Shown piece after piece: positions 46,336 through 59,000 of a stretch of 64,000 bases of DNA. This stretch comes from a virus. The position numbers were made by a program, and so were the translations under genes. Below the pieces are notes generated by a model. That model searched no databases. It was not told where the DNA came from and was given only the letters and a program-made list of their open reading frames with translations. The stretch lies in IMG/VR virus record IMGVR_UViG_3300030329_005244. One strand, written 5' to 3'. The first letter of the stretch is position 1, and each line of letters begins with the position of its first letter.

Positions 46336-48519
46336 TTATCCTGTCGTTAAAACTTCGTCGGCGGTGTAATAATTATTATAAAAGGTTCGAACTTGTGTGG
46401 CAAAGTTAGTTAAGCCAGTGAAAGTTCCAGTGTCGGGATTGATTGCTTCAATGGTTGATTTGATTTTCTCTTTCATTTTGGCATAATCTCCGTCAAATAT
46501 TTGCTCGATCAATTCGGCGTGCATATAAAACAAGGCTGCCATCTTATACCATGGTGCTGTTTCCGGTTCTTCTGCAAACTTTTCTCGCATTGCATCTGCA
46601 AAAAAGGTATTAAACGAATCATCAAAAGAATTATAACTACAAAATTCGTTGGCACCATCTACATAGTCATCAAATACTGTCATCGCAGTCTCATATTGCG
46701 TTATTAAATCTCTCATAATTTTATAAGTTGTGTCGCGGACTTGCACATAAATATAATAATTTTCATCCCAACTTTCCCATTCATCTTTGGGCATCACGTC
46801 TTGCAGTTCAAATGTCATCAGGCGATATCCATTTAGATAAGGATAGCCATTCGTAGAACTTCCATACGAGAAGTCTACATTTCGCAACGTTACGTGAGAG
46901 GCATACTCATAAGAGCCTAAAGTCTTTATAGGATAGCCCGTGGTGCCATCATTAAGGGTGTATTGCAAGCCCGTAGTGTAAGGAAACTTTTTATAATCCT
47001 CTCCCCAGAGCGTATGATCCCACTCATCATAGGTGGCACTTATATTCGTATTCTCCACAAAAGTCGAATCAGAATTCAAATTGGATCGAATATAAGTGGC
47101 ACCCTTGCCCGACTGACCGCTGTTGCGGTACACCATCACCAAATGCAGCATCAAATATTCATAAGGGATTTTCATTCCAAACAGTTCTTCAAATTTTTGA
47201 ATGTTAATCATGCTCGAAAGAGCAGATGCCTTGCGCAACAATTTTTCGTAATCAAACCACCAATATCCCTGATTTCTCACTGTATATTCTATGCTGCTAT
47301 ATTCTCCCACATCGTCGTTGGTACTCAGGGAATATATTTGACTTTCTCCAACGGTGGAAGCAAAATAAACATATTTATCACTTAAGTCGGAATCATGTTC
47401 CACGCTCGTATAAGAACCGCCGAAAGCCCGAGAATCCAACACTTTGGGGTTTCGGGTAAGGCGCTTAATTAATCTATCTGATTTTATCAATGTACGATTG
47501 AATGTATAGAGTTTATTACGAAATGTCCTGTAAAGCTTACCCACCGGATTGGTTGGTAGCTTATTGGGAAATGTCTTTCGAAGATCATTAAGTTTTCGTA
47601 AGAGAACCACATCTCCCCCATATTCCGTAATGATGTAAGAAATATTATTTAACATCTCTTCTGATGTCGAATCCGCCACTTGGCGTTCTGCCATTTTTTC
47701 TTTTGTTTCGTCCACCATTTTTTGAAATGCTGCCACCACATTCTTATGGGTTACATTGTTTACTTTATAATAAAAACCATCAAAAGCCTGGAGGGGTACC
47801 AAGTTGTACAGCAAATCCGTAGAAGCATCAACGAAGGATGTTTCCACCTTAGATGCCAACTCGCCCGCCTCAAAAAGGTGTTCATATGCAAAATTGCTCG
47901 TCAAAAGGGTATCCAAGACAGAACGAGAGTCTTCCCCTGTTATACTGTCATTATCATGGGTATACCTCCAATTAGAGGCAGCTTGTATTTCCGTCACGAT
48001 GTCTTCTAAAGCAGAAAAAGCGAACAAGGTTATATCTTGATTCGAATTCCACATAAGGGTTTGCATCCATTCATCTTCAGTAGGAGGCCACCGAAAATTA
48101 GAAACCGAAGTTACTTTAACTATCTTCTCTCCTTCCACACTATAGCTCGTGCTATAGTTCAGCTCGGTAGAATCCGTAGCTTGAAAATCTTCCCAGCCCA
48201 TCTCCACCACATTGGACATCAAATAATCAGTTCCCCCAGATGTTTTATTTTCCCTGAAAGCATATTTGAGGAGGCTCTCGCCATCTTGAAGAACGGCGGT
48301 TGTGGCTGACGATCCGGCGCCGAGTAGAAAAAACTTCAACCCACTTTCCTTCATATAAGCAAGATAGGTATCTATATCTTGTTCATCATCCATATTGAAA
48401 AATAGAGATATCTGAACTTCACAATAATCGTCATACACATATACGTGCTCAATATAGGGCACTGGCAAGAATTCGCCAAAGTTTTGGTTTAAATCACCTT
48501 GAAAGATTAATTTTGACAT
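46336..48519 (-). CDS. Hypothetical structural protein (727 aa)
   Basis: N-terminal FGEFLPVPYIEHV; coupled to the upstream gene. Confidence 0.65.
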   Translation of the reverse strand: MSKLIFQGDLNQNFGEFLPVPYIEHVYVYDDYCEVQISLFFNMDDEQDIDTYLAYMKESGLKFFLLGAGSSATTAVLQDGESLLKYAFRENKTSGGTDYLMSNVVEMGWEDFQATDSTELNYSTSYSVEGEKIVKVTSVSNFRWPPTEDEWMQTLMWNSNQDITLFAFSALEDIVTEIQAASNWRYTHDNDSITGEDSRSVLDTLLTSNFAYEHLFEAGELASKVETSFVDASTDLLYNLVPLQAFDGFYYKVNNVTHKNVVAAFQKMVDETKEKMAERQVADSTSEEMLNNISYIITEYGGDVVLLRKLNDLRKTFPNKLPTNPVGKLYRTFRNKLYTFNRTLIKSDRLIKRLTRNPKVLDSRAFGGSYTSVEHDSDLSDKYVYFASTVGESQIYSLSTNDDVGEYSSIEYTVRNQGYWWFDYEKLLRKASALSSMINIQKFEELFGMKIPYEYLMLHLVMVYRNSGQSGKGATYIRSNLNSDSTFVENTNISATYDEWDHTLWGEDYKKFPYTTGLQYTLNDGTTGYPIKTLGSYEYASHVTLRNVDFSYGSSTNGYPYLNGYRLMTFELQDVMPKDEWESWDENYYIYVQVRDTTYKIMRDLITQYETAMTVFDDYVDGANEFCSYNSFDDSFNTFFADAMREKFAEEPETAPWYKMAALFYMHAELIEQIFDGDYAKMKEKIKSTIEAINPDTGTFTGLTNFATQVRTFYNNYYTADEVLTTG

Positions 48520-50072
48520 ATCTCAGGCTCCGTCGGGTTTCCATAAATATCATAGTTCTTGCCGTAGATGTCGTAATAAGAAGACTCGCCCTTCTCATGA
48601 TCGCAATCAAAATCCAAATCCACATAATACGACTGCTTATTAAATACTGCCGCGCCCTTACAGGCAACCTGGGGCTCTATGGCTGCATCCACCAACACAT
48701 CAAAATAATACTCTACGCTGTTGGTTGTCAGCTCCTCTTCGGGGTTTTCTTGCTGTTGGGCAGAACGCATGAACCCCTGTACCACTTGGGGAATCCTCTT
48801 CTCAAAATACTTCCGATTGAGATTTTGGGAATTGGCACTCACCCCAGAATCTACAAACTCAAACACTTCAATATCAAAATTCTCGCTCAAAACTTGAGTA
48901 TTCATTTCATCTGCATAAACCAAAGCATCGTCACTTTCCAAAACAACAATCCGATTATCAGCAAAAGGAGGCGTCTTGGCTATTAACTTTCGTAGGTTCG
49001 CAGGATCAAAATCAAAATTTGCTGGCTGCACAGATGTCTTATAATGCAAATCTATGTTCAATTGTGGAACTTGTACGTCATATCCCGTACTTAGTGTAAC
49101 ATCTTTTGTAGCAGATGCACTAATATTTCCTTGTAAAGTTACAATTTTCCAAGCAGGGGCAGATTGTGTGTCGCCGTCCAAATAGGCATCACCAATGGCA
49201 TTATCAAATTTATAGATACTGCTTCTCGGAACAGTTCGAGTTGGCTCAACATCAGCAGAAAAATACTGACCGGTATATTCCGTGCCGCCTACCTCTATCT
49301 CTCCAACTCCAGGTATATTCAGTTTTATTATATCTTCTGTCCACTCTTCTTCCGAAGGGGTAATCTTGTTAACAAACTCTTCGGCATCTTCAAAAAGTAC
49401 AAGGCTTTCAAGGTAGCAAGTCTCATCTTTAATGCGCTTATGAATTTGGTTCTGAGGCTCTGCTGTGGCATTTTTTCCGCCTTCAAACGCAGTAGCTGTC
49501 GCCCTGCCACCGCCCACGCCGGTGCCCGTCACTGTCTTGCCATTTCCTCCGGTTCCCACCGCAGTCATGCGTAAAATAACCTCATTCGTTCCAACCCAAC
49601 CATTTCCCAGCCATACATTACCAGCCGCAACAGTATTCGTTTCGGTGGCAAGATTATCCCAGTAAGTTCGCTGAGTGGCTGAAATTCCAATCAACCCTTC
49701 TTTTCGAGCCAATTCAATACAGGTGGCTATCTGTTGAGCTATCTGCCCTGCGGTGGTATATCCATAGTTGTTGATAACCGTGCTAGAATTAGGATATTTA
49801 ATAGAATTGTTTCTGAATGTGAGGGTGTGCGTGGTGCCGTTGGCGTCTTCAAGGATGAGCGTCCGCGTGGACATCGTGCCAGGACTTGCGGATATTTGTG
49901 TCCATAAAGCTCCTGCTGGTGCCGCGTTTACATACCGCTGATCATAAACTACATTATCATCAAAGAAACCATAATAAGCTGGCTTAAAGGAGCCTACTGA
50001 AAGCAAGTAATGTCCATAAGTGGTGAGCTTTAAATCGTAGACTTGTTCTTTTTTATTTAGAAATTTTGCCAT
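48507..50072 (-). CDS. Baseplate-associated structural protein
   Basis: N-terminus FLNKKEQVYDLKLTTYG…FFDDNVVYD parallels that of 40016..41026. Confidence 0.6.
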   Translation of the reverse strand: MAKFLNKKEQVYDLKLTTYGHYLLSVGSFKPAYYGFFDDNVVYDQRYVNAAPAGALWTQISASPGTMSTRTLILEDANGTTHTLTFRNNSIKYPNSSTVINNYGYTTAGQIAQQIATCIELARKEGLIGISATQRTYWDNLATETNTVAAGNVWLGNGWVGTNEVILRMTAVGTGGNGKTVTGTGVGGGRATATAFEGGKNATAEPQNQIHKRIKDETCYLESLVLFEDAEEFVNKITPSEEEWTEDIIKLNIPGVGEIEVGGTEYTGQYFSADVEPTRTVPRSSIYKFDNAIGDAYLDGDTQSAPAWKIVTLQGNISASATKDVTLSTGYDVQVPQLNIDLHYKTSVQPANFDFDPANLRKLIAKTPPFADNRIVVLESDDALVYADEMNTQVLSENFDIEVFEFVDSGVSANSQNLNRKYFEKRIPQVVQGFMRSAQQQENPEEELTTNSVEYYFDVLVDAAIEPQVACKGAAVFNKQSYYVDLDFDCDHEKGESSYYDIYGKNYDIYGNPTEPEICQN

Positions 50073-50081
50073 TTATGTTCC

Positions 50082-53000
50082 TCAATAGCCCCCGCCACCT
50101 GACGATCCCGACATGCGACTGGGATTGTGGAAAAGAACATCCACATCCATTTTGATAGATTCCACAAACGACACATAATCGTAAGGCCAGTTAAACCCTA
50201 ACTGATATCCAGATTGTGTGGCTTGGAAATCTTCTGTAGTGGAGCTTTCGCCTGCTTGGGGTGCAACCAAATTAAAATAATTCTTTTGTGACTTCTGCTT
50301 AACTTTAAATACCATCCAGCGCAAGTTTTCATTATCAATAATATCTTCTGGTGCCAGCAATTCATTCTCGCTAAGAGTGTGCCCCGTGGACTGGAAAGTC
50401 AAACTGATCTTTTTGTAATCTCTAGGCGCCAAGTTTTGCCAGATATAAGACAAGTCGTCCTTATCTAAATCGTAAGTAAATTCGAAGAAATACATGACGA
50501 TGGGGCTCACATCAGTGTTGTTTAGGAAATCAAATTGCGGAGGAAGAATGTAGCGTCCCATTTTTTGGACCAACTTACGAATAGACTCGCCAGAAACATC
50601 AAGAGAGTCTCCATCCGCACTCCCAACTTCACCAGACAAAGCTGCATCATAGCGCTCTTGAGCAATCTCAAACAACTTTTTATTGGTAACTCCCGATTCT
50701 CCACTTACATCGCCTGCTTCCACGATATAAGGAATTGCCACAATGGCTTCTTTGAGTGTCTGCTTTTCGGCCAATTCGCCCAAGCGAACCTTGCTGGCGT
50801 TTCTATTGAAGCCCACCACATCACCGAGTGACTTCATATCGCGATAAACCGTAGGTCCGTTATTTTCTGCGTCAAGATCGTTATACACACTATTGTTCTC
50901 AAGCACATCATAATGATATTTCAACCAGTTGTTGGGAATGTCGCTCATCTCCATGAAGACACCAATGTTAGGATTAGCGGGAATAGCTCCAAACTGATGC
51001 CACATGCCTCGGGGCACAGAAGCAGAACCGAAATTGCTTGGCATTGTAATCGTGCTATTATCGGTAGTAATGGGGCGAATAGTATAAAGGCTATCGTTAA
51101 AGTTCATATGAGGAGTTTCAAACTTGGGCTGAATAACCCACTTCTTTCCTACAGTTTTGTTAATAGACTTAATCTCGTTGCCAAATTTATCCTTCTCTTC
51201 CTCCAGCACGTTTTCAATACCAAAGATGTTTAAACTTGCACTAATTTGCATAGCATTGGCATTGACATTCTTGCCATCATAAATTTGATGTTTCATCAAT
51301 TCGCCGTCGCCCCCGACATCAGTATCCACAGAGCACCAACTCTTAATCAATGTCGTGCGAGGATTGACAGCGTTTCCATAGTCATAACCAGGATCAACAC
51401 GCCAATAAGTGCCCGAGGTTTCCGCCAGCATCGTTTCTAAATCGTAGGTGGTGTTCTCCCGAGGGCGGAAAATAAAGTCAACCCACGCCTCTCCATTATA
51501 ATATGGAGGAGTGAACGCCCAGTTGCACCCGTTAAAGCTGTCCAAAGTTCCCGAAATCTCCGCTCCACCCGCATCACTTCCGCTCGGACGACCAGCAACC
51601 GGAGGACCGAAACCAGTGGGACGACTATACATCGTAAAGCTTTCTTGGAAGTTGGGATTCTTTTGAGGATCTTGGGGAATGGGGTACTCTGAGCCTGAAT
51701 GGAAATTCTCCAACGGCACAGCTTCAGAGCCGCTGTACAGAAGGGCTCCGAACCTTCCAAAGCCCGTGTTATTTGCATCAAAAGTTCCGCCCAGCTTCGC
51801 GAAAGAGCCCGATTCATATTCGTAGGTTCGTGGGCCTTGAGTAGAGCGATACAGCTTTAACCGCGCTCCATATACAGCTCCCGCCTCAAATTGCAAATCA
51901 CTCTTAACGGTATTTGATTTCAATGTAGTAAAGCTACTATCTTTCAAGAAGAAGCTCCCCACTTCTCCGAAGAAATTATTTGCCATCAACGTATAAATAT
52001 CATCTACAGATTCCCCAGTGAATGAGGCAGTTGCCTCCAAACTCATCGAAGGGTGGCTCTCTATATCATAAAAGGGCACCTTGGAAATATATTTCTCTGG
52101 CTCCAGCAAAGTCTCAAACGGAAGACGCATATCCCAGTATTCTCCTCCGCGATATCCCGTAGCAGTAGGACCCAAGCCACTAACAAGTTGAGGAGCTAAG
52201 CCCCACGTATCTGTAGATTCTGAAACTGCTGTTCCATAGAAAGCCTTCTTAATTTTCGCATCGGTAGTCACCAGGGGATAATCGACTGCCACGCCCGCCT
52301 TGATGGTGTTGTACAGCAACCCTGGCGAGTATAGGGCTTGGAAAAGAGGACGACTGGCGCCTCCATTGTTTTTAAACATCTCCCCCGACTCAACAGACGT
52401 TTCGGTGCCCGCTGCTTGCCCAGGAATCCAACCAACCAATCCATTGCCATAAGAACGGGAGAATTGAGTGAGCAAGTCCAAGCTCCGCTGTGCAGGATAA
52501 AAGCCCTTATAGGGATTAAATCGAATCGAAGCAGAACACACCAAGCGAATCTCCTTGGCGTTGAGCATTGATTCATCGTGAACCTTGGCGAAGCCCTTGA
52601 GGAATTCTGAGTTGGAGTAATCTTTGTAGAAAGAGGATGTAGTGCTGTTAATCCCAGTTCCCACAATCTCAAAAGTGTCCTGCTTGTCTTCGTTTAATAA
52701 GCCATACTTTTTGTAATCTTCAACATGCTCACTAATCCTAAACTCAGGAACAATGGCGTAACCCTTGGCTACGTTTTTCAAATCAAAGATGTAGTCAGCA
52801 TACTCATCAAACCACGGATCAGTGGGATAGGAAACAAATTGAGAACTAGAACCTGTTTTAACAACAATCCCCGCATTATCATTAGCTTCCCAATTTGCCT
52901 CACCGGCGTAAATATCCACCGCAAAGTTCTCAGTATTGAAGTAAATAAATGCCGAACCAGTGGGCACGCTGCCTGTCTGGGGAATTTGCATTCCCGATGG

Positions 53001-56000
53001 AGAAACCACTGTACGAGGGCTGGGCAATACGTGCTTGCGTGCATAAAGGGCTCCAGGGCGCAGCGAACCTAACTTCTGGAATGCCTGCAATGGAGAACCT
53101 GGCTCGTCTGTCTGATAAGAGAAGTAAGTATTTTGGAACTCGCCGCCTTTACTGGCTGTAAGTAATGGAGTCTTTACATAAGGAAGGGCAGAGGGGGCTT
53201 GTGTTCGCGTATTAAAATCGCTCGGAGGATCTAAAGGCCACATACTTTGAGAAAGCCCAATAACTCCCAAAGAGTTAACTATTCTATCTGTAGGCTCAAA
53301 CCCCTCTAGGCGATTGGAATTACTCTGACGCCAGAATTGATTGTTGTATCCCACTCGACTAGTCGAAGAAGAGAGGAATTCATTTCGCAAGGATGGGAAG
53401 ACATTCTGAGAATAGAGAATCCACGTCAAATGATAATTCGAACCAGAAGCATTAGCAGCCTCCGTAATCTGCTCCAGGGGCGTGTAAATATCAGCATCAC
53501 CCCCCAAGCCTTGGCGATTGTCCAAATCAGTTTCATTGAAGAAAATCTTCATATTATTATCGGTAACTTTGAGAGTCATGTTATTGCTCTCCAAACCAGA
53601 ACCAGCGTCAGGATCTTCTGAAGAAGTTGGGGCTGTGATATTAATATAAGCTGGACGACCGCGAAGAGAAACAGGAGCCAAACGATATTGAGTTAAGCCA
53701 TCGCTGCTCGTCAAAATCGACAATTCGTTGTTTTTTACTTCATTGAGAATTATCTTGTTAAGATTTCCTTGTCTCCCTTTCTTCCAATTCCACCCATAAG
53801 AGCCGCCGCGATGAGTCAACAGCAAGTTTAACAATCCATCAGTTACATTCCCTGGAGTAACTCCGATATCAGTAGCGAGTTCGGTATTAAAGTAAGCAAG
53901 CATCTTGCTCCCAGAAGGATATCCCATAGTATTTGTCGATGAAGTGATGGGATCAACAATGAAATTATTTAAACGATAGGTGGGCTGATTAAATGTGGGA
54001 TAGCTCGAATCCACTACCTCACTGGCTGTCACAAAATTGAAATAAGCCTCCCAACCATCGACAGAGCTTGAATACATGCCTTCTGTCAATCCTGAAACTG
54101 GGGCTCTACCGTAATAGCGGATTTCTTCGCTGTTAGGGGCTAGTGCCGCAGTAACCCAAGAATATTGACGATCAGCACGAGGAATCATGTGGCCAACGCT
54201 AAAGTTGTCGAACAGCGAACAAGTTTCAAATGTTTCTATTTCGTTCCACTTCTCAAGTGTTGCCGAACAGCCAGCCAGCCCTGCTGAGGCGGTGGAGATA
54301 CCAACCAAAGAGCCTGACTTGCAAATAAGGAGGGTGTTGGCGCCCCCCACTTGATCGATTATCCGATTGGTGGCTGACGAGGTTGTTTCTCCTACTCGTC
54401 CCGCAACAACGCCATCAAGTGGGTCGTCTCCCATGCGCCACCACGAAAGAAGCGCATCTCTATTGGGGGTGACGCTCGCCGTTAAATCACAGGGCTTGCC
54501 TGAGTTATAAATGTATTGTGCATCTGCCTCCGACGAACAGGTGGCAAACAGAGCCATTTCGTCCATAGAACCAACATACTCCACACTGGAGTTGTTGTCC
54601 ATCTTGCCCCCAAACAAGAACATGCCAGGCAAGTCGAGGGCTCCAAAATTCCTAAAGTTATTCTTAGTGGAACTTCCAGTGGGGATTTCATCATAGGGAG
54701 TGTTGCTTAGGGCAACTGCTTGCTCCACTCCATCGATGTAGATGCTAGCGGTAGCACTCGTTGAGAGAGAGCCTTGGGAGCCTGAGAAACTTACATAAAG
54801 ATGGAACCACGAATCGTCAGGCCATGTTGAGCTTGGAGTTTCAAAGTCTGTGCCTCGATAAAGAGAGCCATTATAAGTTTGTAAAGTAAGGGTAACTTGA
54901 CGAGAAGGGGCTTTGTTTAGGAATTGAACGGGAGCGCTGCCTGCGTTACGCCCCATGGAGAAGATAGGTCGCACTGTTGTGTCGGCAGGCGCCTTAAACC
55001 ATCCGCTGAAAGACCAGCAAATATTTCCCGATGCCTCAGCCATATTGCCATCAAAATTTCTTTGCTCGGCTTTTGCTGCGTTTTCAATAAAAAAGCAGTT
55101 CCCTTCATAGGTGCCCGTATCGGAAGGAAATTCCAAAGCCTTGGCGTTGTTCAACCAAGAGCCAGTTAATTGGGCTTCTATTGAGTTTTCTTCACATACG
55201 CGCACCTTTCTATTGCGATTGTTTTTAAACATCGCAGGAAGCTGATCGTATTTTGCACCCGGCAAATCTCCAGAAGAAGTTACAAAGAAAGAGTCTCGTC
55301 CAAAGCGAGCGGCATGGCGAGCCATGTGAGAACGCAAGCCGTAATCGCGCCCGTGAATATCAAACACTCGAATACCGGTGGTGCCCGAACCCACAGCCTG
55401 ATAGAAGGAGCTGGTAGCGCCCTGAGAGGGTTTAATAACTGATAGATTGCGATAGTTTAGTGCATTATAAACACTAAACTCCGACGCCTTGAAACTCTGG
55501 TATCCATAAGACATCACCTCGATGCCGCCAGGTGCGGCAAAACGTTGAGTAATGACAGACTTGTTGCTCGCTCCTGTCAAATAATCTGTAGAATATTCAC
55601 TCACCCATTGGTGATGTCCCCTTACGCCTCGGCGCGTATTCCAAAAGGTTCGCACGTTGGTGGGAACCGAACTGCTTCTTGCTGACCACACCACCTGAGT
55701 GGGTAGTGTTGGTTGATTATCAATAAAGTTTCGTGGATTAGAACTCGCACCCACAGTATTGACGATTTGATAATTGTGTTGATAGTTTCCAAGCACAGAG
55801 GAGCCTGACGAAATTTCGTTGGAACCTGTGCTGTTCAAAATGTTTTTAATGTTAACTGGGCGTTTGGCTGTAAAATCTCGGTAATAGACTGCCTTTTGCG
55901 AGGCTGTCATGGGATAAGGAACAACATCTTCCTCATTAGCCTCGGGCCAAGGATAATCAGCACCCACCAAGCCGATGGCGCCGGTATGTTCGTCACACGT

Positions 56001-59000
56001 CCCCAGGAGCAACTTCCATGCCTCGGGACGATTATACCAAGCGTCACTGCCGGTGTTAAGGCTCACATGCCGGGATTGATGCCCACCCACTGCATAATTG
56101 GTAAAAGGCCCCTGCATGGGAACTTCCAAATCGGGCCCATACGCATCATTGTGCAGATTGACAATGTTGAGATTGCCGCTAACCCTTTCATTGATAGCGT
56201 TGGAATAGCCACCGCTAACTGAAGAGCTAAGCATATTAAAGGGAAAACTGAACGTTGACTTTGTATTGGCGTAGCCGCCATCTTCGTAATCGCGTCCATG
56301 AATAACCTTTCCATAGCGCATTAGTTTCTTTTGCGGATGATTAACCAATTCTTGGGGAGTGTATTCTGGGATCTTTACGAAGTCATCCACAAATGCCACC
56401 AAAACATTTTCAGGCAAGAACACACTATCTTCGGTATTGATAGGACCGGCGGGATATACTGCGTTATAAGTGAAAGCGAAATTCTTTCCTTCTTTAAAAT
56501 TAACACCACCCTTGATAACATGTGTGGGGTTGCTAATCTTCAAGTCTATAAGGTTTTGGGAATTTCTTCTGGCATATGTATTGCGCGAATATGTGGTGCC
56601 ATCCACCGTGGATTCCACCGGCAAGCTAGAACTTAATTCGGGAGATGACCACGCTACATCTCGGAAAGTGTCGCGTTGAGCGTCTATTGTGGCATCACCA
56701 GAAGTGATTTCAGTAGCATCACGCTCTGCCATTCTCTGCCAATAAAATCTATTAACCTTGGTAGAGCGTGGTGATTCGGGAACCGGACTTGCCGACATAG
56801 CGTAATCGCGATCGGCGCTGGGACCATCTGCGGCGGCGTCTAAATTAGGCTGCTTAGCTTCCAATGTCGGGAATTTGGAGGCATATTTGTTGCGCTCCAG
56901 AACGTGGCTCTCGATGACATTATAAGAATCAGGAACGAAATCCGAAGAAGCTGGCACCATTTGAGCGATCAACATAGCCAAAGCGTCATCAAACCACTTA
57001 TAATAGGCTATAAACTTTTCTACATCCGATGTCTGGGTAACTCTCCTAAAGAAAATTTCTCTAAGCTTTTCAATTTCTTTGTAGTTTCCACGATAGCGAT
57101 TGACTGGGTGTCCAATTAGGTTGTTGAAATCCAAGGCTCCCGCAAAAAATTGCATCATCTCCTCAGAAATAGCGTTGTACATACTCTTCTCAAGTGTGTA
57201 AACGTAGTTGGGAACAGTCTCGGTAAATCCAAACACCTTGTCGTCATTGGTCAAAATACGCACTGCGTCATCAGAAACTGCCAATTCGGGATTGATGAAT
57301 TTAAAGGAATTAAGAGGAGCAGTTTCCACTACACTGGTGGAAGAAGTGGCAAAGCCGTATCCATAGCCAGTGTGTTGGTAGCCCGCCACTTCACCCAACC
57401 ATCCAAAATTATTACGAATCAGAGTCGAACCTGAGCTGTAATCATCAACAACAAACGTGCCGACGGAATGCCCATCAGTTGCAGCGGTTGAACCAGTAAC
57501 AGTTCCAAAAGTCCAATTAAGAGCGAGCGTATCCATGTTGAGAAGGGATTTGCCTGCACTCCCGGTGTCTAAGGCAGAAATATATTCATAAGAACCCGAA
57601 ACTCCATGGTTTTCAAAATCATAAGTGTGCTGATTTAAAGTTTCATTATCGATATATTTTGCCCAATATCTCAGCGAATGAAAGTTTACATCAGAATAGT
57701 TTAGAAGAGCGCCAGTAATATTGGTTCTGCGTGCGCCACAATAAAGTCTTTTTGCGGCTCCAAGGATTTCTTCACCAACGGAAGCTGCTAAACTAGCAGT
57801 TAATTCGAAACTATCGACAACAGTTCCCAACTCGCTATGGACGCCTCGGAAAACCAAGTCATAAGCGTTAGAGCCATCGTAGCCATCGGTGGAAAGTCCG
57901 TAAAGATAAGAACCACTAATAGTATTGGTAAAAGGATAATTGGCAGGCTTAATGCGAACCGAGAAGTTCCACTCTGTATTGTCATACACATCCATGAAAA
58001 GACTGCTCGTAAGTTCAGGTATGTACGTGGGAGCATTAGAAGAAGTTAAACGGAAATAAACATTCTTCGAATATGGTGTGGGTCGAACCGCCGATACTTG
58101 GAAGTTGGCATAATCGGGACCCAAAGTAGCCGGGCCATAATTCGTTAACCATGTGGTATTGGAGCCTAGTTTGCTATTAATCGAAATGGCGCCTGTTGGG
58201 GCTACCTCATACATCCCAAAGAGGGACATTTCGTTATAAAATCTATCGAATTTATCATGAGTGGGGAAAAACTTAGGAAAGTTGACATCGGCTTCCACTG
58301 TCATTCCGTAGCGATACTCATATCCTCCGATATTGTTTCCGACGCCCGTCATTCCCAAGCCTTGACTCCCAGAGATGTATCCCTGGGCATCTCCATTGGA
58401 AGCCGCAGTACCAGAGACAGCTTGGAATACAACTCCTCCATAATTGTCTTTCTCGTTCAGATTTAACGAGGAACGATTTATAAAGGTTTGTTTAAGATTG
58501 TTTTTAAGCTCATAAGTGTTATCGTTGGTGTAAACGTTAAGGCGAAGAAGGCTCTGATCGAGATTAAAGCATCGTAAAATGCTTCTGATAGAACGTTCCG
58601 TTCCCTTGCTTTTAAAAATCTCAGTGATGTTGTTATAGAGATTTAAGTAAATGAGGTTTTTTGCCTCTTCCACATTGTTTTGGAATAAGGCGGTGTCATC
58701 TCGATTCAAGAACTTTTCGAGGACTGTGGCGTCAATAAACAACTCGGGAGTAAATAACCCTAACGATTGAGGAAGATGATCAGCAAACGGCACCGGCTTG
58801 TAAGACGAACTGGTATAAAGAGCGTTCTTAAACTTGGGCAATTGAGAAATTTGGAGATAGAGCTTATCGAAATAAGTTCCCAAAATATGGGTCAAAATTT
58901 GCAAGCCGCTAGTGCTGGTATTATCCACACTGGTAATGATCCACTCTGGGAGGGTGGATAGAATATTGCTATTATTGTTATTATCGTGATACGAACCGCT

